Origin: a virus
Taxonomy: Duplodnaviria > Heunggongvirae > Uroviricota > Caudoviricetes
IMG/VR virus record: IMGVR_UViG_2802429240_000007
Direction: 5' to 3' (one strand)
DNA: 37,713 nucleotides
Part shown: positions 18,692 to 27,880 of the stretch, piece after piece
Numbering within the stretch: position 1 is the stretch's first letter
Layout: every line of letters starts with the position of its first letter
The notes under the pieces: generated by a model
Database searches by the model: none
What the model was told of the DNA's origin: nothing
The model's input: only the letters and a program-made list of their open reading frames with translations
Made by a program: the position numbers and the translations under genes

Positions 18692-19087
18692 TTAACTGAA
18701 ATGAACCCAGACGCCATCGTCACCGATGCCGATCACTTTCCCGGCGACAGGGCGGGCGCTGCTGTTGTCGGTTTTTGCCACGGTCACGCTGTCTTCCACG
18801 TAGCATTCTTTACCAACCTGCGATTGCGTGACCGGGTCTGAGGTGCTGTTCGCCATCAGAAAGGCTTTGCCGCAACGCACCAGAACAGTGGCGTCGCCAT
18901 CGCTGCCCTTGCTGTTATCCACCCAGCCATCAGACACGCCCAGCGTAATCTGTGAGGCCGTGGCACTGGCCGGAACGGCATAACCGGATGCGTTAACGGC
19001 CACCATATGACCGCCAAAAATTTCGGTCGCAGCGGCAACCGGCACCGGGTTCAGTTCGCCGTCACGGTAGGGGGTATTGCGATCCAT
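18692..19087 (-). CDS. Mu Z (gp33)-position protein
   Basis: 131 aa between protease/scaffold and capsid. Confidence 0.45.
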   Translation of the reverse strand: MDRNTPYRDGELNPVPVAAATEIFGGHMVAVNASGYAVPASATASQITLGVSDGWVDNSKGSDGDATVLVRCGKAFLMANSTSDPVTQSQVGKECYVEDSVTVAKTDNSSARPVAGKVIGIGDDGVWVHFS

Positions 19088-20212
19088 TTACTCGTCTCCT
19101 GCGTAACGGGCGACATCTTCTGGATCGACGCCCATCATTGAACAAATGGCGATATCGACATCGACGTCATCGCCGGTTTTAATCTGCGCCGGGGCAGGCG
19201 ACGGCGTTTTGGGTGGTTTGCCGCCGGTCTGGGTCTGACTGAGCGCAACAAGTTTCGGTGCGTTATCCAGCCAGGACTTAAAGCCGTTGATATCGCGGCT
19301 GGCGTAATCTTTCGCCCAGTCTTCCTGTGCCGGAAGCAGTCGCCCGTCAGACAGCGCCGCCTGAATCAGTGCCCCGGCTTCGGCCTCACCGGACTGTTGC
19401 GCCAGGACGGCATAACGTCCCTGAAGTTCTTCATATGCCGTCAGAGGGATATGCTTCGTCGGGTCATAGGCATTTGCTGACAGGCTGGCGATTTGCTCGT
19501 CTTTCTGATTCAGCAGGGCCAGCAGGCTGACGGATGCTGCCGCCGTTCCCTGACCGTTCGAAATCATGTCAACGACCTTTTGCAGCTCGCTTTTAATATC
19601 TTCCGCCGTTGAGGTCACCGGGAGGTTAAGCATCCAGCGCAGACTGGACAGCAAATCGTTTAACAGTTCTTCATCCACCGTTGTGGTCTCCGTTTCAGTT
19701 GACAGACTCGCCAGACGGCTGGCCGCAGCCAGCATGACCGCGTCCATACCGTCGAGCGCAGGGGTATTGGTCAGCGCAGCATGTAACAGCTCCAGCACTT
19801 CGCCGCGCTTGTTGTAGGCAAAAACAGGGGAAATAAATTTGTACTCACCGGCGGCAATCATGGCCGCCGCGTTCTCCGTCCACTCCACACCGGTGGCATA
19901 CAGACCCACACCTTCACGCCATTCCACCTGGCTGAACCAGCCCGCCGCCGGGGCGGGCTTGCCGTTGTTTACGGCGCGCAGCGTCTGATGTTCGTAATCA
20001 ATGACAAATGGCGTGGTACGGGCTGCCACCTGGGCGACAAGCTGCGCGGCCAGTTCGGCAGTCAGCACCCATTTACCGCTTTCGACTTCATCGGTATGTG
20101 GGCGACCATCCACCGCACTGAACTCGCCTGCCGGAAACAGCTGGATTTCGCTGTGGGTTGCTTTGGTGATTTCGAGGCTTAATGCCGCAATGTTCATCTT
20201 CATACGCGGCAT
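19088..20212 (-). CDS. Head protease/scaffold protein (Mu I-like)
   Basis: About 375 aa; start set at the MPRMKMN ATG (20212) because the longer track ORF runs into the conserved late motif; alternative ATGs at 20203 and 20196. Confidence 0.75.
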   Translation of the reverse strand: MPRMKMNIAALSLEITKATHSEIQLFPAGEFSAVDGRPHTDEVESGKWVLTAELAAQLVAQVAARTTPFVIDYEHQTLRAVNNGKPAPAAGWFSQVEWREGVGLYATGVEWTENAAAMIAAGEYKFISPVFAYNKRGEVLELLHAALTNTPALDGMDAVMLAAASRLASLSTETETTTVDEELLNDLLSSLRWMLNLPVTSTAEDIKSELQKVVDMISNGQGTAAASVSLLALLNQKDEQIASLSANAYDPTKHIPLTAYEELQGRYAVLAQQSGEAEAGALIQAALSDGRLLPAQEDWAKDYASRDINGFKSWLDNAPKLVALSQTQTGGKPPKTPSPAPAQIKTGDDVDVDIAICSMMGVDPEDVARYAGDE

Positions 20213-20233
20213 GATGACGGAAGGGGAGCACGG

Positions 20234-20259
20234 GGTACTGTGGAGGGTGTTCAGCACCC
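20234..20259 (-). promoter_or_regulatory. Conserved late-operon motif, copy 2 (plus-strand GGTACTGTGGAGGGTGTTCAGCACCC); candidate late promoter before I
   Basis: 22 of 26 positions identical to the copy at 28393-28418; lies 22-47 nt upstream of the I start. Confidence 0.45.
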
Positions 20260-20412
20260 TGCCATAACGCGAAAGGATAAAAGGGGAAATAAAACCGTTT
20301 TTAAAACCCTTTTAAAAACGATTCTGACAGCATTTACGGGGTGCAGTGCTGTAATGCCTCATCCGTGAGGCGTTTATGTTGTCACAGGCGATTACAGCGC
20401 GTTTGTGGCCAT

Positions 20413-20964
20413 TCAGTCAATCACCCGCGCAAAATAGCGGTTTGCGGTGTTCTCCAGCTCGTCGATGTCGTCCTGCACAAGCTGAAGGAAGGGACGCGCG
20501 GGCATGTTGACTGTATACGCTCCGACCGTTGCGCTCTGCACAAAATTACTGTTGCGCTTTTTCACAAAACGGCTGCTGACGCTGCCGTTTTTGTACTGTT
20601 TAAAATACAGGTTCTGCGTCCGTGCCTGATGGCGTATTTCGCCGCCTTCGTTGTGGATACGGGCATAACGAACGTTTGTCCCGACCGTGGCCTCGTTATT
20701 GTTAACCGCAGAGCGGATACTGGCAGCCAGTCGCCCGGACTTCTGAAGGATTTGCCCGGGGCCGCGTCGCTTCGCATAAGCCGGACTCCAGCCCATCCAT
20801 TTCGGGCGCCCCTGTTGTTCAAAGTTAGTTTCAACCGCATCCAGCATGGAACCCGCAAGCGCCGTCATCAGGTCGCGCCGGTCCTTCACGGAACGAATCA
20901 GGTTACCCAGCGTGGTGTTATACGCGCTTAAATCAATCTTAATATCCAGTTTACCGTTGCTCAT
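20413..20964 (-). CDS. Virion morphogenesis protein (Mu G-like)
   Basis: 183 aa; position between F and I. Confidence 0.75.
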   Translation of the reverse strand: MSNGKLDIKIDLSAYNTTLGNLIRSVKDRRDLMTALAGSMLDAVETNFEQQGRPKWMGWSPAYAKRRGPGQILQKSGRLAASIRSAVNNNEATVGTNVRYARIHNEGGEIRHQARTQNLYFKQYKNGSVSSRFVKKRNSNFVQSATVGAYTVNMPARPFLQLVQDDIDELENTANRYFARVID

Positions 20965-22127
20965 GATGCCTCCGGGGTGTCCTGCATAACCCAGTCTGTC
21001 AGCGCGTCATCCTCAACCGTCGCCACTGACCAGCGGTCGCCCGACTGTAACGCATACCGCCACGCGTTGCCGTCTTGCGTGACATGCTCCGCCCGTTCGA
21101 TGGTCTGCTGCATCAGCACATAGTCGGCGGCGGTCGGGGGCGTGTCTGCTGCACTGAGGCGCTTCATGACGTCAGCCGTAAGGTTTACCGTCTGCCGTGC
21201 AGCGCCCGTGGCAGCGACCTGTTCCGGTGACCGGATGGCCAGCGGATATCGCTGGCGTGCATCCAGTTCGCTGACGTTTGCCAGTCCCCGGGCAAAATCC
21301 GGCCCGGTCAGAGTGCCGGTGACATACTGGCGGGCACTGCGGTAATCATATTTTTCCAGTTCCGGCTGCCATGCCACCCGACCGGGATTAAATCCGAAGC
21401 CCGGGTCGGCGGTATACACGGAACCGTCCGGCATCTTCAGCCCCATTGTTCTGATGGTCTGGCCCGGCTGGCCATATTCCTGCTCAACCTCAGCCAGTCG
21501 CCCCTCGCTGCTCTGTACCGTCAGGCCATATTTCTCCACATCCGACGCCGAACGCGCCCGGATACGGCAGCGGCATCCGTATCCGTCCGGCGCGTAGAAA
21601 TACTCCCAGACCGGGTCATCCGCCCGGGCGGTAAAGCCATTCAGGGCGGCGTGTTTCGGGCGGGTGTGAAGGTCCATCACCGCCACGCGTTCAAAATAAG
21701 GCCGGTCGGCCACGTTCGCCATCTGCTGCTGATAACGCCCGGCGTTATATGACGACTGAATGTTGGTATCAAATATCGTGCGTAACCGGCGCGGCGTCAG
21801 CTGTCTGCCGTGCAGTTCGCCGGTGTCCTCGTCCACAATCAGCCGTTTACCCAGCCAGCCTTTTGACTCCAGCAGTGGCTCCAGTTGTGCGGCAAACTCC
21901 CGGAATGTCCCGCCGTCAGCCAGTGCCGCCGTCAGGCCATCACGGATATCCTTCAGCACATCCAGTTTCAGCACGCCCGCCACCGTGAACGCCCGGGCGT
22001 GTGCGATGTCCTTCACATCATGCCAGCGGAAGCCGATAACGTATCCCTTGCTTTCGAAATACTTAATCGCTTCTTCCGGTTTCAGGGTGTACGCATAACC
22101 CAGGTCAACATCGTCAGCTTTCGGCAT
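20961..22127 (-). CDS. Head morphogenesis protein (Mu F, gp30-like)
   Basis: 388 aa immediately after portal. Confidence 0.8.
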   Translation of the reverse strand: MPKADDVDLGYAYTLKPEEAIKYFESKGYVIGFRWHDVKDIAHARAFTVAGVLKLDVLKDIRDGLTAALADGGTFREFAAQLEPLLESKGWLGKRLIVDEDTGELHGRQLTPRRLRTIFDTNIQSSYNAGRYQQQMANVADRPYFERVAVMDLHTRPKHAALNGFTARADDPVWEYFYAPDGYGCRCRIRARSASDVEKYGLTVQSSEGRLAEVEQEYGQPGQTIRTMGLKMPDGSVYTADPGFGFNPGRVAWQPELEKYDYRSARQYVTGTLTGPDFARGLANVSELDARQRYPLAIRSPEQVAATGAARQTVNLTADVMKRLSAADTPPTAADYVLMQQTIERAEHVTQDGNAWRYALQSGDRWSVATVEDDALTDWVMQDTPEAS

Positions 22128-23709
22128 TCAGTCGCCCCCAGATATCCGCCACAAAGAATGCCTGCGTCAGCAACTGCCGCAGCGTTTCATCCGGCAGTTC
22201 CGGCCATGCTTCCGCCAGTACGTTCATGGCCTCGTCTGCATCCCGGCCTTCCTGTATGGCCTGCACCAGTGGGGCCACCAGTTCGTTCATCCCCTGCGCG
22301 ATGGCCTCTGCCGGAAGTTCTGCCCGGTCGATGGCGCGCTGTGCCGGGTCGTCCTCCCCGTTGTCCTGCTGACTGAGCGCGGCAACATTCAGCCGCTCAC
22401 GCAGCTGGCTGAGGCCCGCCTGCACAGGGAGACGCTGTGCCACCGGCACCAGAACCTCTTCGCCGTCTTTCGGGGTGGGGATACCGGTTTTTTTGCGTAC
22501 CCACGACACCGGGATATCCTTCATCCCCACTTTGTTGACCAGCACGCTGACGGCTTCCGCCACGCCCTTAATGTCGGCTTCCTGCTGCACATCAAACACC
22601 AGACGCGGCAGACGGCGTGGCGGGATATCCTGCCAGCCGTTCAGGCTGGCCATCATCTGTATCAGGCTGCTGAACATGCCGGACAGCTGGCGCGCATCGG
22701 CGGCCAGAATGTCGTGCCGGACCTCGTTATGCACATTACCCAGCGCGTTGGTGGAGGTTTTACCGTCGGCCTGGCTGGTCAGCGTACTGCCCAGAATCAC
22801 TTTTGAGGTGGTGCGCTCCGCCCATTCCACCATCGACATGAACGCCTCCGGCCCGCCGGATGCGGCCTCCTTGAATTCAATCTCGTTACCCTGCGGTAGT
22901 GCTGCCACCGCTTCATGACCCAGATTGACCAGGGCGTCAAGAATTCTGTCACGGTCCGCGTCACTGGTGCCCTGTGCATAGTAGGCAATGCGCGCCGGAA
23001 GGCCGTAAATCTCCAGAAACTCCGCCATATCACGCAGCGCAAAGTTTTTGAACAGATACGGCCAGACCAGTACGCGGAACAGGCCGGATGAACCCAGGAA
23101 CCCCGACCGGGCGTTGTAACGGTGAACCAGCCAGCCGAACGGCCACAGTGCGGAACCATCCTTGCCATCTTCCCCACGGTTGCCGTCATCCAGCCGGAGT
23201 TCGTCATTGTGTTCCGGCAGGGTAATAAACCAGTTATGCGGTCGCAGCGTCACCGCATCCGGTAACCACGTTTTATCCACGAACGCCCAGCTGATTTCCT
23301 GACAACTGAAGCCATAACCGACACTGCTCATCCCGTTGAGGATGATGTCCTCCATGTCCGGGATGCCGTGCAGCCATTCATCCACGGCGGCGGCCAGCTC
23401 CTTTTCTGCCTTCGAGGCATTGCGGGGCGGCTCCACCGACCAGTCCAGCGTCAGCAACGCTTTTTTGCGCTTTTCCATTTCAGCGAACAGATGGCCATCA
23501 CGTTCTTCCATATCCGCAAACAGCATCGCCTGCGCCGGAAGATAACCGCGTTCGGCAGCTTCCAGAATGCGCGGCAGTTTTCTGATGTTCAGACCACGCG
23601 ACGGGTGGTCTGGATAAATGCGCAGCCGTTCCGCCACTCTGACCGACTGCGTGGTTTTGAGTGCCTCACGTTTCAGCGGGCGTCCGTAAATATCAACAAG
23701 CTGTGCCAT
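22114..23709 (-). CDS. Portal protein (Mu gp29-like)
   Basis: 531 aa; downstream of large terminase. Confidence 0.85.
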   Translation of the reverse strand: MAQLVDIYGRPLKREALKTTQSVRVAERLRIYPDHPSRGLNIRKLPRILEAAERGYLPAQAMLFADMEERDGHLFAEMEKRKKALLTLDWSVEPPRNASKAEKELAAAVDEWLHGIPDMEDIILNGMSSVGYGFSCQEISWAFVDKTWLPDAVTLRPHNWFITLPEHNDELRLDDGNRGEDGKDGSALWPFGWLVHRYNARSGFLGSSGLFRVLVWPYLFKNFALRDMAEFLEIYGLPARIAYYAQGTSDADRDRILDALVNLGHEAVAALPQGNEIEFKEAASGGPEAFMSMVEWAERTTSKVILGSTLTSQADGKTSTNALGNVHNEVRHDILAADARQLSGMFSSLIQMMASLNGWQDIPPRRLPRLVFDVQQEADIKGVAEAVSVLVNKVGMKDIPVSWVRKKTGIPTPKDGEEVLVPVAQRLPVQAGLSQLRERLNVAALSQQDNGEDDPAQRAIDRAELPAEAIAQGMNELVAPLVQAIQEGRDADEAMNVLAEAWPELPDETLRQLLTQAFFVADIWGRLNAES

Positions 23710-23712
23710 TAA

Positions 23713-25353
23713 TTACCATCCTCCTGAACCAAAACGCCCGCCACGGTCACGCCCGGTGCTGCGTGGGGTGTGTATCTGAAATTTTGCGCTGCGCGACACC
23801 GCCAGCGTCCACAGCATGTGCAGACAGTCCGGGCCGTCATCATGGTCGGCCTTGGGGTAGTGGCGCAGCTGGTCAATCAGCGTCTGATGTGCGGGACTGA
23901 TGCGAATCAGGCCGTTGGCCATATGCGGCTGAAGGGACTCAATACGCAGCGCCTTATCCTCCAGCGGGATGACCGGCAGCGCCGGAACCGGCACGCCCAG
24001 CGCCGCCGAACGTTCAACCAGCACGGTACGCAGAAACTCCTGAAACTGGACGGACTCAAACGACCAGCACAGGCAGTGGTATTCCCGCTGATACTTAATC
24101 ACGTCTTCGATAAGTTTATTTGGCAGACGTCGGCGGATATCGGCTTCAACCACATCCAGAATGCCGGTAAAACGGTTAAAGCCCCCCACGAGAATGGCCG
24201 ACGGGTCGCGGTTTTTATTCTTCTTCCCGAGGCTGGGGTCAACAGCGCCGTAGAACACCCATTCATCAAGACGGTTAACCCAGAACTTAATGCAGCCCGC
24301 AAACAGCGCGTCTTCACCGCTGACCGGGTCGTTCTGGTATTCAGAATCAAAGGTGTCGTGACCGTCACGGACACGGATTTTCATCAGCGCCAGCAGGGGA
24401 CGCGCCGCCCATGACACCACCGACCCGGCGAGCATGTCGGCTTCGTTCTGTCGGTAAAGTGCCTCCGCCGCTTCCGGCTGTTTGTTGCGGATGAGTTCTT
24501 CCCACTCGTCCCACAGTTTCATATTGGCAGGCCACTGAATGACGGCCTTAAAGCGGGCCGTTTTCCACATCGGGTTATTGAGCGTGCGCGAGAGTACGGA
24601 GTCGTAATGCAGGATGGTCCCGATATAAATAATATCGGTTTTACCGCCAGCCTCGCCCAGCGGCATCACGGTTTTGGTGAGCCAGTCGTGCAGCTTGTCG
24701 CGCTGCTCCGGGTTACGCACCATCTCGTCGTTCTCGATGTCGTCGAGGATGACCAGGTCAGGACGGTACGGACCGTGGCGCAGGCCACGCAGTTTTTTAC
24801 CACTACCGGCAACGGTCACCTTGATATTGTTGGCCGTGACGATGGTCCCCATACGCCAGACGCGCCCCTGTCCGCACACCTCCGGGAAATCGTTTTTTAA
24901 ACGGGGGTTAAATTCCAGTTCAGCCTTGATGGCTTCCAGCATCGGATAAGCCTGGTCGATACTGTCCATAATGATGACCGGATAATGCTTAATACCCCGG
25001 ATAATGGTCCACAGGGTAAACAGCTGAGTCACCAGCGTGGATTTTGCCTCACCACGAGGAGCGGCGATGGCGTCGTTCTCCGGGTCAGGGCTTGCCACAA
25101 CCTGTGGCAGCCGGATGAACAGGTATTTATGCAGCTCGCTTTTTGCCGGGTTGCGGACGTAGTGCGGGAAATAGTTTTCGACAAAATAATCGTAGCCCGT
25201 CACCGGATCGCAGACTGCCGCCCGGCGGGCCTGTGTGGCCTGCGGGTTAACATCGAACCCCAGACATTCAGCCTCGATGGTCTGTCGAAGGTTGGCGATG
25301 TACTCCTGTAAGCTTTTCTGAAACTCTTTAATGGAAAGTTTACGTTTTGCCAC
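23713..25353 (-). CDS. Terminase large subunit (Mu gp28-like); start uncertain
   Basis: Terminase-like N-terminal region and nuclease-like C-terminal region; no ATG at the 5' end, so the start is GTG at 25353 (just after the methyltransferase stop) or TTG at 25410 (55-nt overlap). Confidence 0.8.
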   Translation of the reverse strand: MAKRKLSIKEFQKSLQEYIANLRQTIEAECLGFDVNPQATQARRAAVCDPVTGYDYFVENYFPHYVRNPAKSELHKYLFIRLPQVVASPDPENDAIAAPRGEAKSTLVTQLFTLWTIIRGIKHYPVIIMDSIDQAYPMLEAIKAELEFNPRLKNDFPEVCGQGRVWRMGTIVTANNIKVTVAGSGKKLRGLRHGPYRPDLVILDDIENDEMVRNPEQRDKLHDWLTKTVMPLGEAGGKTDIIYIGTILHYDSVLSRTLNNPMWKTARFKAVIQWPANMKLWDEWEELIRNKQPEAAEALYRQNEADMLAGSVVSWAARPLLALMKIRVRDGHDTFDSEYQNDPVSGEDALFAGCIKFWVNRLDEWVFYGAVDPSLGKKNKNRDPSAILVGGFNRFTGILDVVEADIRRRLPNKLIEDVIKYQREYHCLCWSFESVQFQEFLRTVLVERSAALGVPVPALPVIPLEDKALRIESLQPHMANGLIRISPAHQTLIDQLRHYPKADHDDGPDCLHMLWTLAVSRSAKFQIHTPRSTGRDRGGRFGSGGW

Positions 25354-25354
25354 G

Positions 25355-26095
25355 TCACACCTGCGCTGCTTCTGCCTGCGCTTTTTCGAGACGTGCGCAG
25401 GCGATATCAAAATACTGGTTAGTCATTTCAATGCCGGTAAACCGTCCGCCACGGGCAAGTACAGGGATGGCGGTGGTGCCGCTTCCCATAAACGGATCGA
25501 GAACGTGCGCATCCGGTGCCAGCGGTTTAACCAGCTCGGCCATCAACTGAACCGGCTTTGCCGTCATGTGCAGTTTTTCGGACGGGACAACACGCTGCGT
25601 AATCACACCCGGGAACGGGCCACCGTGCGGGCATTTGTCGAGTTTTCCGTTGCTGCCCCAGACCACATACTCGGCCTGATGCCGGAAATAGCCGGTGTGT
25701 GGCGCACGGGAAGCAAGCGTTTTATCCCAGACAACCAGACCACGCCACAGCACACCACCGGCCTGAAATGCATCGGTAAGTGCCGGTAGTTGTCGCCAGT
25801 CACTGAACACCATGAAATAACCGCCGGGATTCAGCCTGTGCAATGCATGAGATATCCACATGGAACACCAGAACGCCCAGCTGCGCTGGTCGCGGTTATC
25901 GCCGGTGAACTCGGCATACTGGGTGTGACCGACATACTTGTCCGAAGGGGCCATGCTGCGGTCTGATTTGTGTGTGCCACCACTGCTGTAAGGCGGGTCG
26001 GTAATGACGGCATCAAAACGTTCAGATAACGCCGGCAGCACATCAAGAACATCACCGCAATACAACGTTGCGTTACCAATAATCTGTTTTTGCAT
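25355..26095 (-). CDS. DNA methyltransferase, beta-class amino-MTase, probably N6-adenine
   Basis: 246 aa; DPPY motif near the N-terminus (ITDPPYSSGG) and FxGxG AdoMet motif near the C-terminus (DPFMGSGTT), i.e. motif IV before motif I. Confidence 0.8.
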   Translation of the reverse strand: MQKQIIGNATLYCGDVLDVLPALSERFDAVITDPPYSSGGTHKSDRSMAPSDKYVGHTQYAEFTGDNRDQRSWAFWCSMWISHALHRLNPGGYFMVFSDWRQLPALTDAFQAGGVLWRGLVVWDKTLASRAPHTGYFRHQAEYVVWGSNGKLDKCPHGGPFPGVITQRVVPSEKLHMTAKPVQLMAELVKPLAPDAHVLDPFMGSGTTAIPVLARGGRFTGIEMTNQYFDIACARLEKAQAEAAQV

Positions 26096-26106
26096 TACAA
26101 ATCCCG

Positions 26107-26126
26107 AATATCAGACGGCCCGGAAA
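26107..26126. other. Perfect GC-rich hairpin between small-terminase-like gene and methyltransferase
   Basis: CGGCCCGG AAAA CCGGGCCG, 8-bp stem with 4-nt loop. Confidence 0.5.
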
Positions 26127-26141
26127 ACCGGGCCGCTGTGG

Positions 26142-26642
26142 TTAACTGAAATTATCCTCAAGCTCTTTAGCGAAGCCTTCGAGCACCTCAAGAAACGGGG
26201 CATACTGTGCCGGGTGACGCTCCTTGATGAACGTGCCGAGCCGCTGCACCACTTCCAGTGCCGTGGCGAGCCGGTCGGTTTCCGGCAGGATTTTTTTACT
26301 GCTGGCCACCGCCTTACTGAGACTGTCAGACAGACTCGCCAGCAGTTCGACGGACTCCTGCGGCGGGATGTCCGGGTTCTGGTTCAGCCGTTCAAGCGTC
26401 GTCTGACACTTCACCACCAGACTGATAAGCACGGTGCGGGCGACACTTTCCAGCCCGTCACCGGCGAGCGCGTGCGCGGCCCGCAGCTTGTCCCAGTCGT
26501 CGCCGTTCTTCATCGCCTGCGTTTTCCAGCGCCGCGCGGTGTCGTGCGGCACGGCGTACTTCATGGCGACGATATCCAGCGGAAGCTGGTCAAAGATGTA
26601 CCCGTTACGGACTTTGTCCCTGATATCCTGTGACCACGCCAT
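26142..26642 (-). CDS. Mu gp27-like protein, putative terminase small subunit
   Basis: 166 aa; position directly upstream of the terminase region. Confidence 0.5.
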   Translation of the reverse strand: MAWSQDIRDKVRNGYIFDQLPLDIVAMKYAVPHDTARRWKTQAMKNGDDWDKLRAAHALAGDGLESVARTVLISLVVKCQTTLERLNQNPDIPPQESVELLASLSDSLSKAVASSKKILPETDRLATALEVVQRLGTFIKERHPAQYAPFLEVLEGFAKELEDNFS

Positions 26643-26848
26643 TAAGTGACCTTCTGAGCCTGTTCAATCAGGCATTTAACTTCGTCGGGATTTTCAAGAA
26701 CATACACGTTTTTCCCGGTATCCAGCTCAATGATCGTGCCACCATATGCACCACACTGACGGTAAAAATGGGTGATGCGTTCAGCGACTACCATGACAGC
26801 GCTGGTGCTCCCTGAGCCTGCGCATTCTGTAAATCTGATAATGCTCAC
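26642..26848 (-). CDS. Hypothetical protein (Mu gp26 position)
   Basis: 68-aa ORF; start coupled to the upstream stop. Confidence 0.35.
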   Translation of the reverse strand: MSIIRFTECAGSGSTSAVMVVAERITHFYRQCGAYGGTIIELDTGKNVYVLENPDEVKCLIEQAQKVT

Positions 26849-26869
26849 TGTGTCAGACCTTCAAAAAAA

Positions 26870-27052
26870 TCAGTTCTGCGAACACTGCCGGATGCCATCA
26901 ACAATCCGGCAGACCTGCGCCGCCGCGTCAAACAGCTGGCCCGCCCTGTTAATGTCTGTGCATCCCACCGGAAGCAACATCACCAGAAACAGGGCCAGAA
27001 CACAGCGCGCGGTTTTACGTGGCGTTCTGTGGGTCCAGTGCTGACGCGTCAT
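26870..27052 (-). CDS. Putative lipoprotein, possible spanin component
   Basis: 60 aa; hydrophobic stretch followed by lipobox-like LPVGC; overlaps the endolysin stop by 4 nt. Confidence 0.4.
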   Translation of the reverse strand: MTRQHWTHRTPRKTARCVLALFLVMLLPVGCTDINRAGQLFDAAAQVCRIVDGIRQCSQN

Positions 27053-27594
27053 ACCGCCACGCGCTCCTTCAGCCAGCCATAAACAAACGATTCGTTAGCC
27101 TCGCGTTTCTCTGCCAGCTCCAGATAGCGGTCACCCTGCGTGCAGTTCAGGGCTGTCAGCATTACCCGTTCACCGTCCTGACCGCGATTATTCAGGAAGG
27201 CGCGCAATGCACTGATGGTACGAGGCCCGATGCGTCCGTCTGCGTCCATATCCGGGTACAGCCTGCCGCGCAGATTGAACACATTCAGCCAACGCTGAAG
27301 CATTTTTGACGCCACAGATGGCCCCATATTCACACCGGTATCACACAGCTCTGCGGCAATATCAGGGGATAATGCCGCAACCTGGTCAAATCGCGGGCCA
27401 TACCAGTAATCGGCTTCCAGAATGTCCAGCGCCTGTTCGCGGGTTAAATTGCGCATATCACCACGGTATCCGTGGGCGCGGGCGACTTTTTCCGTAATGC
27501 CCCATTTGGTCGGACCGCCCTTATCATCCGGGTGATTGACGTAACCACCTTCTTTGCCCAGGACTTCATCAAAAATGTCATCTTTTGATTTCAT
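27049..27594 (-). CDS. Endolysin, GH108-type muramidase with peptidoglycan-binding domain
   Basis: 181 aa; resembles glycoside hydrolase family 108 enzymes with a C-terminal PG-binding region. Confidence 0.75.
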   Translation of the reverse strand: MKSKDDIFDEVLGKEGGYVNHPDDKGGPTKWGITEKVARAHGYRGDMRNLTREQALDILEADYWYGPRFDQVAALSPDIAAELCDTGVNMGPSVASKMLQRWLNVFNLRGRLYPDMDADGRIGPRTISALRAFLNNRGQDGERVMLTALNCTQGDRYLELAEKREANESFVYGWLKERVAV

Positions 27595-27880
27595 GTGGAT
27601 GCCTCAGTAACGAAAGGATTTTTGACAAATTCCCGTGCGCCCACACGATAAGCGCACAGAACACCAGATTCAGCGCCACAACCAGCCAGCTGGAGTGCGT
27701 GTATGTACCGGACAGCCAGCGGAACGGGATGATGATGTAGCCGAGCATCAGCCAGTACGCCAGCCAGGTAATCATCGGTTTATGCGCCGCACCGTGGCGG
27801 CGATACACAAACAACCCCAGCACAATGGCGAGACACAGCCAGACGTTCACGATACCGGCAAGGTTACTTTCCATTTCCAC
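27578..27880 (-). CDS. Small membrane protein, holin/antiholin candidate
   Basis: 100 aa with about three hydrophobic helices; adjacent to the endolysin. Confidence 0.45.
   Translation of the reverse strand: MEMESNLAGIVNVWLCLAIVLGLFVYRRHGAAHKPMITWLAYWLMLGYIIIPFRWLSGTYTHSSWLVVALNLVFCALIVWAHGNLSKILSLLRHPHEIKR

Noticed and set aside
20213-20257. N-terminal extension of the I protein in the ORF track (start at 20257)
   Set aside because: The extension begins on a GTG inside the conserved late motif; the ATG at 20212 (or 20203/20196) is more plausible.
20341-20931. 196-aa plus-strand ORF antisense to the G-like morphogenesis gene
   Set aside because: Fully overlaps a syntenic minus-strand gene, no RBS, composition typical of antisense translation.
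26004-26633. 209-aa plus-strand ORF across the methyltransferase / small-terminase-like region
   Set aside because: Antisense to two minus-strand genes with clear motifs and coupling; no start context.
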